Source: Bacilli bacterium
GTDB lineage: Bacteria; Bacillota_I; Bacilli_A; RFN20; UBA1709
Assembly: GCA_045600465.1 (NCBI GenBank)
Contig: JAZRXY010000012.1
Location: 6,358-70,357 of the forward strand
DNA length: 64,000 nt
Direction of reading: 5' to 3'
Shown here: positions 38,835 through 48,684 of the stretch, one piece after another
Numbering within the stretch: the first letter of the stretch is position 1
How the letters are laid out: each line of letters begins with the position of its first letter
Notes under the pieces: model-generated
Database searches by the model: none
What the model was told of the DNA's origin: nothing
Seen by the model: the letters and a program-made list of their open reading frames with translations, nothing else
Program-made: the position numbers and the translations under genes

Positions 38835-39353
38835 GTGTTTAAACCTACTTGGTATGCTAAAGACATAAATAGTATTGAAATCGATATTTTAAAGGCAAAT
38901 AAGATCGATACTATTTTGTGTGATTTAGATAATACTTTAGTAGCATTTAATCAAAAAACTCCTTTAAAAGAAACTCTTGATTTTATCAATAAATTAAACA
39001 AACAAAAAATTAAGTTGTATTTAATTTCTAATAACAATCAAAGTAGGGTAGATTTATTCAATAAAGACTTAAAACTTATTTGTTTACATGATGCAAAAAA
39101 ACCGTTTAAAGCTAATATCGTTAATTTTATTAAAGAAAATAAGATTGATACTAATAAAGCAGTCTTTATTGGTGATCAATTATTAACTGATATTTGGCTT
39201 GCTAATGTTTTAAACATTAAATCTGTGTTAGTAGAACCTGTCGCTAAAAAAGATCTATTAATAACTAGATTTAATCGTTTTATCGATAGCATTATTAGAA
39301 ATTATAATCTAAAAAGAAATAAGTATAGTTATATTTCTAGGGAGGGGAAATAA
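38835..39353 (+). CDS. yqeG: HAD-superfamily phosphatase YqeG
   Basis: DxD motif (LCDLDNTL). GTG start after GAGGTGA. First gene of the yqeG-yqeH-yhbY-nadD-yqeK-rsfS cluster. Confidence 0.75.
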   Translation: MFKPTWYAKDINSIEIDILKANKIDTILCDLDNTLVAFNQKTPLKETLDFINKLNKQKIKLYLISNNNQSRVDLFNKDLKLICLHDAKKPFKANIVNFIKENKIDTNKAVFIGDQLLTDIWLANVLNIKSVLVEPVAKKDLLITRFNRFIDSIIRNYNLKRNKYSYISREGK

Positions 39354-40492
39354 TGAAACCAAAAGTTTGTGTTGGTTGTGGATCAATTTTACAAAGTTTA
39401 GATCCTAGTATGCCAGGTTATGTCCCTTCCAATCTAGAGATAGAAAGTGAAGAAGATGTTTTATGTCAAAGATGTTTTAAACTTAAACATTATAACGAAA
39501 ACACTTCGATTAAAATTGATGAACAAGAATTTCTAAAATCACTTGATATTAAGACAGATAAAAACATCATTTTATATGTTGTTGATATCTTTAATTTACA
39601 TGGTTCTTTAATTAAGGATTTAAATAAATATAAAGACAATTCAAAGATTTATATTATCGTTAACAAAGTCGATGTATTACCTAAATCATTAAAATCTTCT
39701 AAGTTAATGAATTATCTAGAAAGAGTTTTTAAAGATAACGGAATATATTACGATAAAATATTGCTAGTTAGTGCCGCTAAAAACTATAACTTTGATGCCT
39801 TACAAGATTTAATTACTTATACACCTAACTATAACAACATTTATTTTGTAGGTAATGCAAATGTGGGGAAGTCATCAATTATTAATAAGCTTTTACATAA
39901 CTATTCCAATGATTCAAAAGATTATGTAACAACCTCACTTTATCCTGGTACAACGCTTAAATTTATTAAGATTCCTTATATTAATGGAAAAATAATTTAT
40001 GATACACCTGGTTTATTCAACCATTCGAATATTACTCACCATATTGATAATAAGAACTTGAAATACTTATTACCTAAAAAAGAAATTAAACCACTTGTAT
40101 TTCAATTAAACCCTAATCAATCATTAATTTTAGGTAGTCTAGCTAGAGTGGATTTTGTTAATTGTAACAAAAAAACTCCCGTTATTGTCTACGCTAATGC
40201 ACAAGTTTATATTCATCGTAGTAAATTAGATGAAAAGAGTAATGATAAATTTGATAAATTTATGCTTGATAAAAGTTTTATTCCTAAAGCTAAAGATTTA
40301 AAATCATTCACTGATTTAGCAAAAACTAGTTTTGAAATAAAAAAAGAGAACAAACAAACAATTTCAATTTCTGGATTAGCAATGATTGATGTCAAATGTA
40401 GTGGTGCAGTGATTAATGTCTATGCACCAAAAAAAGTAAAAATATCTTTAAACGATTCCTATTTTGGAGGTGTTAGCAATGTTAACAGGTAA
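39353..40492 (+). CDS. yqeH: Ribosome biogenesis GTPase YqeH (circularly permuted GTPase with an N-terminal zinc finger)
   Basis: CxxC...CxxC at the N-terminus. Motif GNANVGKSS. Length 379 aa. Confidence 0.85.
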   Translation: MKPKVCVGCGSILQSLDPSMPGYVPSNLEIESEEDVLCQRCFKLKHYNENTSIKIDEQEFLKSLDIKTDKNIILYVVDIFNLHGSLIKDLNKYKDNSKIYIIVNKVDVLPKSLKSSKLMNYLERVFKDNGIYYDKILLVSAAKNYNFDALQDLITYTPNYNNIYFVGNANVGKSSIINKLLHNYSNDSKDYVTTSLYPGTTLKFIKIPYINGKIIYDTPGLFNHSNITHHIDNKNLKYLLPKKEIKPLVFQLNPNQSLILGSLARVDFVNCNKKTPVIVYANAQVYIHRSKLDEKSNDKFDKFMLDKSFIPKAKDLKSFTDLAKTSFEIKKENKQTISISGLAMIDVKCSGAVINVYAPKKVKISLNDSYFGGVSNVNR

Positions 40493-40772
40493 ACAAAAAG
40501 CCCAATTAAGAAGTATGGCTATGATAATGCCTAGCATTTTTCAAGTAGGAAAGTTAGGAGTTAGTGCCTCACTAATTCACACTGTTTCCAATGCTTTAAA
40601 AGCGCATGAATTAATAAAGATAAATCTTCTTAAAACTTGTCCAAGTGATACTAAAGACGTGGCAAGCAAGCTAGTTAGCAGCACTGGTTCTGAACTTGTT
40701 CAAATAGTTGGTAAAACTATTGTCTTATATAAAAGAAATAAGAAAGCTCCACATATTGAGTTAGTAAAATAA
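40479..40772 (+). CDS. yhbY: CRS1/YhbY-family RNA-binding protein
   Basis: RBS GGAGGTG before ATG 40479. N-terminus MLTGKQKAQLRS. About 97 aa. Confidence 0.8.
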   Translation: MLTGKQKAQLRSMAMIMPSIFQVGKLGVSASLIHTVSNALKAHELIKINLLKTCPSDTKDVASKLVSSTGSELVQIVGKTIVLYKRNKKAPHIELVK

Positions 40773-41878
40773 TGAAAAAGATTTTAATACTTGGTGGATC
40801 ATTTGATCCAATACATAATGGGCATCTACTTATTGCTGCTAAAGCCCAAGAGAAATTAAACTTAGATGAAGTGTGGTTTATGCCTTTAAAAAATGCCAGA
40901 TGGAAGAATGTACAAGCCAGCGAAAAAGATCGCGTAAACATGCTAAAAATAGCCTTAAAAGGCTTAAACAACTTTAAAGTATGCGACTATGAACTTAAAC
41001 ATACTAAAAAAGGAGAGAAATCTTATTCAATTGATACCTTTAAAGGTTTAACTAAAGATTATCCTGATAACGAATATTATCTATTAATAGGTAGTGATCA
41101 TCTTGAAATACTAGATAAATGGAAACAAATTGATGAGTTATCAAAAATGATTCATCTAGTTGCTGTTAGTAGACCTGGTTACCAATATGATAAAAAGGTC
41201 TTAGAGAAGTATAACGTCCAATTACTTGATATTAAAGGCCCAGAAGTTTCTTCTAGCCAAATTAGATTATTTGCTAGTGATGATATGCCTAAAGGTGTTA
41301 TTAAATATATTGCAGAAAATGGTTTATATTTAGAAGGAAAGTTGATCGCCGATTTAAGCAAGGAGCGCTTTGATCACTCAAAAAGAGTAGCAACCCTTGC
41401 TAAAAAAATAGCTAGAAACAATGGTTATGATCCTAAGAAAGCTTACATTGCAGGTATCCTACATGATTGCGCAAAAGAAATCCCTTTAGAAGACGCCAAA
41501 GAATTAATGAAAACATTCTTTAATGAATACATCGATGTACCTACTAAACTTTATCACCAATTCTTAGGTGTAATAGTTGCAAGAGATATCTTTGACATTA
41601 AAGATAAAGAAATATTACAAGCTATTAAATTCCACACCACAGGTTCTACTAAGATGTCAAAACTAGATAAGATTATCTTTGTTGCTGATAAAATAGAACC
41701 AGGTCGAGATTATGATTCAAAAGACATTATTAATACTTGTTTAGAGAATATTAATAAAGGATTTAAGTTAACATTAGCTCACAATGTTGAATACTTATTA
41801 GACGTTAATAAGTCATTAGATAATATCCATCATTTAACAATTGATACTTATAAAAAGTATATAAAAAAGGAGAATTAG
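40772..41878 (+). CDS. nadD: Fusion of nicotinate-nucleotide adenylyltransferase (NadD) and an HD-domain YqeK (Ap4A hydrolase family)
   Basis: N-terminus ILGGSFDPIHNGHL (the NadD HxGH motif). C-terminal half carries an HD domain (H...HD ... ILHDCAK). A single 368-aa ORF. Confidence 0.85.
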   Translation: MKKILILGGSFDPIHNGHLLIAAKAQEKLNLDEVWFMPLKNARWKNVQASEKDRVNMLKIALKGLNNFKVCDYELKHTKKGEKSYSIDTFKGLTKDYPDNEYYLLIGSDHLEILDKWKQIDELSKMIHLVAVSRPGYQYDKKVLEKYNVQLLDIKGPEVSSSQIRLFASDDMPKGVIKYIAENGLYLEGKLIADLSKERFDHSKRVATLAKKIARNNGYDPKKAYIAGILHDCAKEIPLEDAKELMKTFFNEYIDVPTKLYHQFLGVIVARDIFDIKDKEILQAIKFHTTGSTKMSKLDKIIFVADKIEPGRDYDSKDIINTCLENINKGFKLTLAHNVEYLLDVNKSLDNIHHLTIDTYKKYIKKEN

Positions 41879-42247
41879 ATGAAAAATAAAAAGGAAAGTA
41901 TGTCAAAATTAGCATTAATTGTTAAAACAATTGATGATTTAAAAGGCAATGATATTCAAGTAATAGATGTTAGAAACGTTAATCCATTATGTGATTATTA
42001 TGTTATTTGTGATGCCAACAACACCACTCAAACTTATGCTATTGCAAATCATATAGAAGATGAATTAGAAAAGAATAACTATTCTATAAACCATATCGAA
42101 GGTAGGAAAGAACGTACCTGGGTTTTACTTGATGCTGATAATATTGTTGTCCATATTTTCTATTCTCCAGAGCGCGCTAAATATCGTCTAGATGAGTTAT
42201 GGGCTGATCAATATTTTTTAAATGAAAAGGAAATTTTTGGTGATTAA
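41879..42247 (+). CDS. rsfS: Ribosomal silencing factor RsfS (Iojap)
   Basis: Iojap-like sequence. Length 122 aa. Follows nadD/yqeK. Confidence 0.85.
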   Translation: MKNKKESMSKLALIVKTIDDLKGNDIQVIDVRNVNPLCDYYVICDANNTTQTYAIANHIEDELEKNNYSINHIEGRKERTWVLLDADNIVVHIFYSPERAKYRLDELWADQYFLNEKEIFGD

Positions 42248-42248
42248 T

Positions 42249-42716
42249 ATGGATAAAAAAGAACGTTATGAAAAAATAATCGAATTGTTACCGTCTGTTA
42301 TAGATGAAAAATGCACTAAAATAGGTAATTTAGCCAATATTTCAGCTCTTTTAAATGAAGGTATGGAAGATATTAATTGGGTTGGTTTTTATCTTGTAAA
42401 TGGTAACAATTTATATTTAGGTCCATTTCAAGGTAAAAGTGCTCATCTAATTATTGAATATGGCAAAGGAATGTGTGGAACAGCATGGAGAGAAAACAAA
42501 ACTCAAGTAATTAAAAACGTTCATGATGAACCAAATCATATTTGTTGCGACTCATGTAGTAATTCGGAAATAGTAGTGCCAATTATTCTTAATAATGAAT
42601 TCTATGGTGTTTTAGATATTGATTCACCAAGCCTAGCTAGATTTGATAGTGTAGATAAGGAATACTTAGAAAAGATTGTTGCTATATTTTCTAAATTTAT
42701 TAAAGGAAGTAAATAA
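42249..42716 (+). CDS. GAF-domain protein, free methionine-(R)-sulfoxide reductase family (YtsP/YebR-like)
   Basis: WVGFY...LGPFQG...GMCG...HICCDSCS...EIVVP match the fRMsr GAF fold and its catalytic Cys set. ATG at 42249. Confidence 0.7.
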   Translation: MDKKERYEKIIELLPSVIDEKCTKIGNLANISALLNEGMEDINWVGFYLVNGNNLYLGPFQGKSAHLIIEYGKGMCGTAWRENKTQVIKNVHDEPNHICCDSCSNSEIVVPIILNNEFYGVLDIDSPSLARFDSVDKEYLEKIVAIFSKFIKGSK

Positions 42717-42718
42717 CA

Positions 42719-42844
42719 ATGCTTTCATTAATTGAATTTATGAAAGATCCTTTGTCACCATTTATTGTGATTGCGATTGCGATTGCAATCGGACTTGTAA
42801 TCAGATTTACAATTAGTGGTAAAAAAGATAACAAAAACCCCTAG
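42719..42844 (+). CDS. Candidate 41-aa hydrophobic peptide (MLSLIEFMKDPLSPFIVIAIAIAIGLVIRFTISGKKDNKNP); not in the ORF track
   Basis: RBS AAAGGAAG 9 nt upstream of the ATG. Single TM helix and a basic C-terminus. Contains the tandem hexamer ATTGCG x3. Followed by a hairpin. Confidence 0.35.
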   Translation: MLSLIEFMKDPLSPFIVIAIAIAIGLVIRFTISGKKDNKNP

Positions 42845-42928
42845 CATCCTACTTTAGTAGAATTGGGGGATTTTTATTTTTTGATACATATTACTTCGTA
42901 TAATTAGTGTTATGTTAACTAAAAGGTA

Positions 42929-44125
42929 TTATTTTAAGAAGTCTAATAGTGATTTACCTAAAATATCAGTATTTGGTTTGATTTTGAAATTATCGATGAC
43001 AGTTGCACCAATAACGCCAAATGTATCTTGTTCAGCTAACTTACCATTACCTTTAAACGATTTAGAATATGCAATGAATGGTACTTGTTCTCTTGTATGG
43101 TCGCTTCCACTCCAAGTTGGATCGTTTCCATGGTCAGCTGTTAATATTAATAAATCATCATCGCTTAATTTATCTAGCATAACTTTCAAATCTGCATCGA
43201 ATTCTTCTAAACACTTACAATAGCCTTCTGGATCTCTTCTATGTCCGTATTCCATATCAAAATCTACTAGATTAACGAAACATAGTCCAGTGAAGTCACT
43301 ATTAACATATTCCATTGTCTTTTTCATGCCATCAGCATTATTTTCAGTTTTAACAAATTCACTTGTTCCTGAGCCATTGAAGATATCATTAATTTTACCA
43401 ACAGCAATTGAAGCAAAATTATTTTCCTTCATGTAATCAAGATAAGTTTTCGCAATTGGTGGAATTGCATAGTCATGTCTTCTTGGAGTTCGTTTAAAAT
43501 TATCGAAAGCTGTACCAATATATGGACGAGCAATAATTCTAGCAACTTTCCATTCATCTTTCATGCAAATCTTTCTTGCTATTTCACAGATACTATATAG
43601 TTCTGAAATTGGAATTACATCTTCATGAGCGGCAATTTGTAAAACAGAATCGCTTGATGTATAAACAATTAATTCTTTAGTTTTTAATTGTCTTTCTCCT
43701 AAATCTTTAATGATTTCAGTGCCACTTGCTGCGCAATTCCCGATAATTCCATGGCCTGTTTGCTTGCTTAATTCATCCAATAATTCTTTTGGAAAGCCTG
43801 TGTCAGTGAATGTTAAGAATGGATCTTTTACATGTAAGCCCATCATTTCCCAATGGCCAGTAATAGTATCTTTTCCCGTGCTTTTTTCGTTAAGTCTAGC
43901 AATATAAGCATGGTCGGGATTTAGTGGTTTTACAAACTTATAATTTTCAAAATTTCCTAATCCTAATTTCTCTAATGTTGGTAGATGGAGTCCTTTAGTT
44001 GCTTCATCAATATGTAATAAGGTGTTAGCACCTTCATCATTAAAATTAGCAGCGTCTTTAGCATGCCCACAGCCAACTGAATCCATTACAATTACAAAAA
44101 TTCTTTTAAAACGATAATCACTCAT
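42929..44125 (-). CDS. deoB: Phosphopentomutase
   Basis: Alkaline-phosphatase-superfamily metal ligands (MDSVGCG...DHG...TADHGND). Start ATG 44125 after AGGGAAG. The ORF track starts at TTG 44146. Confidence 0.88.
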   Translation of the reverse strand: MSDYRFKRIFVIVMDSVGCGHAKDAANFNDEGANTLLHIDEATKGLHLPTLEKLGLGNFENYKFVKPLNPDHAYIARLNEKSTGKDTITGHWEMMGLHVKDPFLTFTDTGFPKELLDELSKQTGHGIIGNCAASGTEIIKDLGERQLKTKELIVYTSSDSVLQIAAHEDVIPISELYSICEIARKICMKDEWKVARIIARPYIGTAFDNFKRTPRRHDYAIPPIAKTYLDYMKENNFASIAVGKINDIFNGSGTSEFVKTENNADGMKKTMEYVNSDFTGLCFVNLVDFDMEYGHRRDPEGYCKCLEEFDADLKVMLDKLSDDDLLILTADHGNDPTWSGSDHTREQVPFIAYSKSFKGNGKLAEQDTFGVIGATVIDNFKIKPNTDILGKSLLDFLK

Positions 44126-45035
44126 TGTCATCACTTCCCTTTCCAAATGGATGAAATTCTTCGTATGTTTTCTTTAAATGTTTCTTTGAAACATGGGTAT
44201 ATATTTGGGTTGTAGAAATATCGCCATGTCCAAGCAATGTTTGAATTGTTCTTAAATCTGCTTGATTCTCTAGCATACTTGTCGCAAACGAATGTCTAAA
44301 TGTATGTGGAGATATCTTTTTATTAATGTTAGCTTTGCTAGCATATTCTTTAATCTTTTTAAAAATATATTCTCTTTTCATTATATGACCATTTCGCGAA
44401 ACAAACAAATAAGATGTATTAGTTTTGCCTAATAGAATTGGTCGAATTTGATTTAAATATATTTTCAACAAATCATATTCATAATCACCAATTAAAACAA
44501 TTCTTTCTTTACTTCCCTTACCTTTACATAAAATTGTTCGATTTTCTAAATTAATTGAATTAATAGTAAGATTTAATAATTCAGAGATTCTAAAGCCACT
44601 ATCGTAAAGCATTTCTAACATCAAATGATTCCTAAAATCTAGGGGTTTAGCAACATCTGCTTTTACTTGTTTTAAGATTTCTTCAAATTCATCTTCTGTT
44701 AAATAAGTAGGAATTGTTTTAGCTTTAAGTGGAAGATCAATTAAAAGTGAAGGATCTATTTCCATATATTTATTTGAATTCATAAACGAATAGAATGATT
44801 TAATAACAGTGATTGTATGAGTAAGCGTGTTTCTTGCTACCTTCTTTTCATTAACTAGATACTTAATATAGTCTCGAATAAATTCAGAAGTTACTTCTTC
44901 TAATCCTATATTGTATTTTTTACAATAAGCAGCAAATTCTTTAATTTCTGTTAAATAAGAAGTTACAGACTTTAAAGCAAGGTTACGAATAACAATTAAA
45001 TATTCATGATATAAATTAATATAATCAATTGTCAT
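44118..45035 (-). CDS. xerD: Tyrosine site-specific recombinase, XerD/RipX-like
   Basis: Catalytic R...HxxR...Y residues (HTFRHSFAT...GH...IYTHV). Length 305 aa. Adjacent to deoB as ripX-drm is in B. subtilis. Confidence 0.8.
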   Translation of the reverse strand: MTIDYINLYHEYLIVIRNLALKSVTSYLTEIKEFAAYCKKYNIGLEEVTSEFIRDYIKYLVNEKKVARNTLTHTITVIKSFYSFMNSNKYMEIDPSLLIDLPLKAKTIPTYLTEDEFEEILKQVKADVAKPLDFRNHLMLEMLYDSGFRISELLNLTINSINLENRTILCKGKGSKERIVLIGDYEYDLLKIYLNQIRPILLGKTNTSYLFVSRNGHIMKREYIFKKIKEYASKANINKKISPHTFRHSFATSMLENQADLRTIQTLLGHGDISTTQIYTHVSKKHLKKTYEEFHPFGKGSDDNE

Positions 45036-46234
45036 TTTTTACCTCCTTTAATTTTTGAAGCAATAATTAGTTTTTCTTCACCTAGTTTTTTATTAATAGA
45101 ATTAATAATAGCGTTAATCTTATCATTACTTTTGATATCTTGATCTTCTTTATCAAAAATTGATAATTGCCTTACAAACGTATTAATATTTGCCACATTA
45201 ATAAGGGTTACTCCTAAAAGCCTAACATTTCTTGTGACATCGTAATTTGCATCGAAAAGTTGTAAAGCAAGTTTTAAAATAGTCTTTGAATCATTAAAAG
45301 GTTCTTTGGTGGTTTTGGCTCTGCTAATTTGGCTAAAATCACTATATCTAATAGAAAGTGACACACCACTACCATATAAATCTACCTTTTTTGCCCTTTT
45401 TTCAACTTCTTTAGCGAGTTTTTCTAGTTCAATGAGCAATTCTTCGTATGAGTTGGTATCGTTGTGTAAAGTCCTAGAAGTGCCAATTGATTTAGCATCT
45501 TCTTCTATTTCACTAACTTCATCACTACCCTGACCATTTGCCCACATATGTAAAACATCATACATTTTACCCATGCGTTTTTTTAATTCATCACTGTAGT
45601 AGTTAGCAAAATCACCAATAGTATTTATCCCATACTCATTTTTAAGCATTGTATAAGTTTTCTTTCCGCAACCATACATATCTTCGATAGGTAATGGCCA
45701 TAAAATCTTTTCGATATCTCTTTTTCTAATAACAGTAATTCCCATTGGCTTTTTATAATCACTGCCCATTTTTGCTAAAAACTTATTAGGCCCTACCCCA
45801 ATTGAACAAGATAGTCCTGTTGTTTTATAAATGTCATCTTGAATTGCTTTAATGTATTGTAATGGTTTTAAATTAGTTTTTTTTAAATGTTCACTTATAT
45901 CGGCATAACATTCATCAATACTAGCAAGTTCTAATTTATCAACATACTTTTTGATAATAGAAACAAACCAATTAGTATATTTCTCATATTGTTTAAAATC
46001 AGGATTAACAATCACTAGATTTGGGCATAATCTTTTTGCCATATAAACAGGCATTGCTGAGTTTACCCCATATGCTCTAGCTTCATATGATGCAGTAGAG
46101 ATAATTGATTTAGATGATTTACCTCCGACTGCTAAAGGCATATTTTTGTATTCAGGATAAAGTAGTTTTGCAACACTAGCAAAATAAGCATTCATATCAA
46201 CATGGATTATTGTACGAACAGCCATTTTGCTCAC
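45032..46234 (-). CDS. dinB: DNA polymerase IV (Y-family)
   Basis: IIHVDMNAYFASV, SIDECYADI. Length about 397 aa. The true start may be ATG 46225. Confidence 0.85.
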   Translation of the reverse strand: MSKMAVRTIIHVDMNAYFASVAKLLYPEYKNMPLAVGGKSSKSIISTASYEARAYGVNSAMPVYMAKRLCPNLVIVNPDFKQYEKYTNWFVSIIKKYVDKLELASIDECYADISEHLKKTNLKPLQYIKAIQDDIYKTTGLSCSIGVGPNKFLAKMGSDYKKPMGITVIRKRDIEKILWPLPIEDMYGCGKKTYTMLKNEYGINTIGDFANYYSDELKKRMGKMYDVLHMWANGQGSDEVSEIEEDAKSIGTSRTLHNDTNSYEELLIELEKLAKEVEKRAKKVDLYGSGVSLSIRYSDFSQISRAKTTKEPFNDSKTILKLALQLFDANYDVTRNVRLLGVTLINVANINTFVRQLSIFDKEDQDIKSNDKINAIINSINKKLGEEKLIIASKIKGGKK

Positions 46235-46240
46235 CTTTCC

Positions 46241-47890
46241 TTACTTATACATTAATTCTTTTGCGTTAGCTTTAGCCGCTTTGCTTGGTGAAGCGCTATC
46301 ACTAACCATCTTAGCTATTTCAAATATTCTTTCTTCTTCATTTAAAAGTTTAACCTCACTAAATGTCTCATTATTTTTAACGTTTTTTGAGACAAAGTAG
46401 TGATAATTTCCAATAGATGCTATTTGAGGAGAATGTGTGATAGTAATTACTTGCATATCTTTTGCTAGTTCATACATTTTTAAACCAACTGCTCTAGCAA
46501 CTTTACCACTAACTCCTGTATCTATTTCATCAAAGATCGATGAAGATACCCCATATAGTCTATTGAACACTATCTTTAACCCTAGCATTAATCTAGACAT
46601 TTCTCCACCACTTGCAATTTTAATTAGTGGTTTTAATGGGGTGCCTGGGTTTAATGATGCACTAAACTCATATTCAGATATACCCTTTTCATTAGGTTCG
46701 TTTAAAGGATTAATAATTAAGCCAAATTTAGCATCGCTTAAATATAGATCTTTTAATTGTTTTTCTATTTCTTGCATTAACTTTTTAGAAGCCTCTTCAC
46801 GTTTAACATCAAGGATTTTACCTTTAGTTAAGCAATCGTTTCTTAAAGAATCCATTTTAGCTTCTAGTTCTTCAATTCTATTAGCTTTATTCTCCATTTT
46901 ACTTAATGATTCCGCTAGTTCATTTTTCTTAGTTAAAATAGCAGTTGTGCTATCACCATATTTACGTTTTAATTTGTTAACAACAAATATCCTTTCTTGA
47001 ATTGCATTGATACTGTATTCATCATAACTAATTGAGCCAAAATCATTTTTAAATGAAGATGTAAAATCTTCTAATTGATAAAATAGTTCATTGCTTTTAT
47101 CAATGTATTTAGCAAATAATGGATCATTAGCCATACTTTCTATGCTTCTTTTAGCAATATATAGGGCACTTAATGCTCCCCTTTCTCCACTTAATGCTTC
47201 ATTTATTTCTTTAGTTTTATCGCTGATTTTAGCATAGTTTTGAATACGTTTTTGTTCTATTTCTAATTCTTCAATTTCATTTTCTTTTAAATCAGCAGCT
47301 TCAATTTCATCATATTGGAATTTCATTAAATCATATAAATCTTGATTAAAAGATAAAGTCTTAAGTTCATCAAGTTCAGTTTTAGCATCTTTATATATCT
47401 TATATGCACTTGCATATTCATTTTTTTCATTAGAAATATTGTTATTTGCGAAAGCATCCAGTAAATCTAGATGATAATTTTTATTTAATAGATATTGATT
47501 ATCATTTTGAGAATGAATATCAAGAATGTTTTCTGTTATATGCTTAATATTTGAAATGGTAGTAATACTTCCATTAACTTTACATGTTGACTTACCACTA
47601 GCATCAAGCTCTTTAGTGATAATAATTAGATTATCTTCAGCGTAATCTTCAAGTTCAAACTTTTTGATAAGTTCATCGCTTAATTCAAAAACACCTTCAA
47701 TTTTAGCTTTAGATGTTCCGTGTCTTACCATACTAGAATCTGCTCTAGCACCTAGCAACAAACTTAAGGCATCAATAATGATTGATTTACCTGCCCCAGT
47801 CTCTCCACTAAAAACATTAAAGCCATTATTAAAATCAATGATTAAATCATCGATAATAGCGAAATTTTTAATACTAATTTGGCGAATCAT
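46241..47890 (-). CDS. recN: DNA repair protein RecN
   Basis: Walker A GETGAGKS, a long coiled coil, and a C-terminal signature/Walker B region. Length 549 aa. Confidence 0.9.
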   Translation of the reverse strand: MIRQISIKNFAIIDDLIIDFNNGFNVFSGETGAGKSIIIDALSLLLGARADSSMVRHGTSKAKIEGVFELSDELIKKFELEDYAEDNLIIITKELDASGKSTCKVNGSITTISNIKHITENILDIHSQNDNQYLLNKNYHLDLLDAFANNNISNEKNEYASAYKIYKDAKTELDELKTLSFNQDLYDLMKFQYDEIEAADLKENEIEELEIEQKRIQNYAKISDKTKEINEALSGERGALSALYIAKRSIESMANDPLFAKYIDKSNELFYQLEDFTSSFKNDFGSISYDEYSINAIQERIFVVNKLKRKYGDSTTAILTKKNELAESLSKMENKANRIEELEAKMDSLRNDCLTKGKILDVKREEASKKLMQEIEKQLKDLYLSDAKFGLIINPLNEPNEKGISEYEFSASLNPGTPLKPLIKIASGGEMSRLMLGLKIVFNRLYGVSSSIFDEIDTGVSGKVARAVGLKMYELAKDMQVITITHSPQIASIGNYHYFVSKNVKNNETFSEVKLLNEEERIFEIAKMVSDSASPSKAAKANAKELMYK

Positions 47891-48684
47891 TAAATATCAC
47901 CTCGTTTATTTATAATTTCATTTATATTAATTTTACCACTAGAAGTGGTAGGTTTTAAACTAAAAAGACCTAAATATTCATCGTTGCCGCTTTTTTTACC
48001 TGAAATTGGAGAGTTTGTTAGGTTAATTAAATTAAGGCCAACTTCATTTGCCTCTTTAATTGCATTATTAATCGCTTTTTCTTGACCTTTGTAGGAATTA
48101 ACTTTGCCATTCTTCCCTACATAATCTAGGCCTGCCTCAAATTGAGGTTTGATAAGTGCAACAACTAAAGAATCTTCTTTAATAAATTGTTTTAAATTGT
48201 CAAAAATATGTTTTAAAGAAATAAAAGAAACATCAATAGTAACTATATCAAACACCATTTCATCTAAATCTTTTTTGCTAGCATATCTAAAGTTTAGTTG
48301 TTCTTTATTAACTACTCTAGGATCATTCTTTAATGACTCTACTAGTTGGGAAGTTCCCACATCAACTGCATAAACTTTTTTAGCGCCATGTTTTAGACTA
48401 CAATCACTAAATCCCCCAGTAGAAGCTCCAATATCTAAAACAACTTTATCTTTAAAATCTAAGTTAAATTTATAAATAGCTTCTTTAAGCTTTAAGCCAC
48501 CACGAGAAACATATTCTTCATTTTCTTTAACAATGCTAACTTTATCCTTATCGTAAACCATAAAAGAAGCCTTAGTGATAGTTTTGTTATTAACACTAAC
48601 TTTGCCATTCTTTATAAGATCTTGATAATAAGTTCTAGATTTAGAACTATCTTTTGTATATAAATAGACATCTAGTCTAGTCAT
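47890..48684 (-). CDS. tlyA: TlyA-family 2'-O-rRNA methyltransferase (YqxC)
   Basis: S4 domain followed by an FtsJ-like methyltransferase motif (LDIGASTGGFSD). Length 264 aa. Confidence 0.8.
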   Translation of the reverse strand: MTRLDVYLYTKDSSKSRTYYQDLIKNGKVSVNNKTITKASFMVYDKDKVSIVKENEEYVSRGGLKLKEAIYKFNLDFKDKVVLDIGASTGGFSDCSLKHGAKKVYAVDVGTSQLVESLKNDPRVVNKEQLNFRYASKKDLDEMVFDIVTIDVSFISLKHIFDNLKQFIKEDSLVVALIKPQFEAGLDYVGKNGKVNSYKGQEKAINNAIKEANEVGLNLINLTNSPISGKKSGNDEYLGLFSLKPTTSSGKININEIINKRGDI

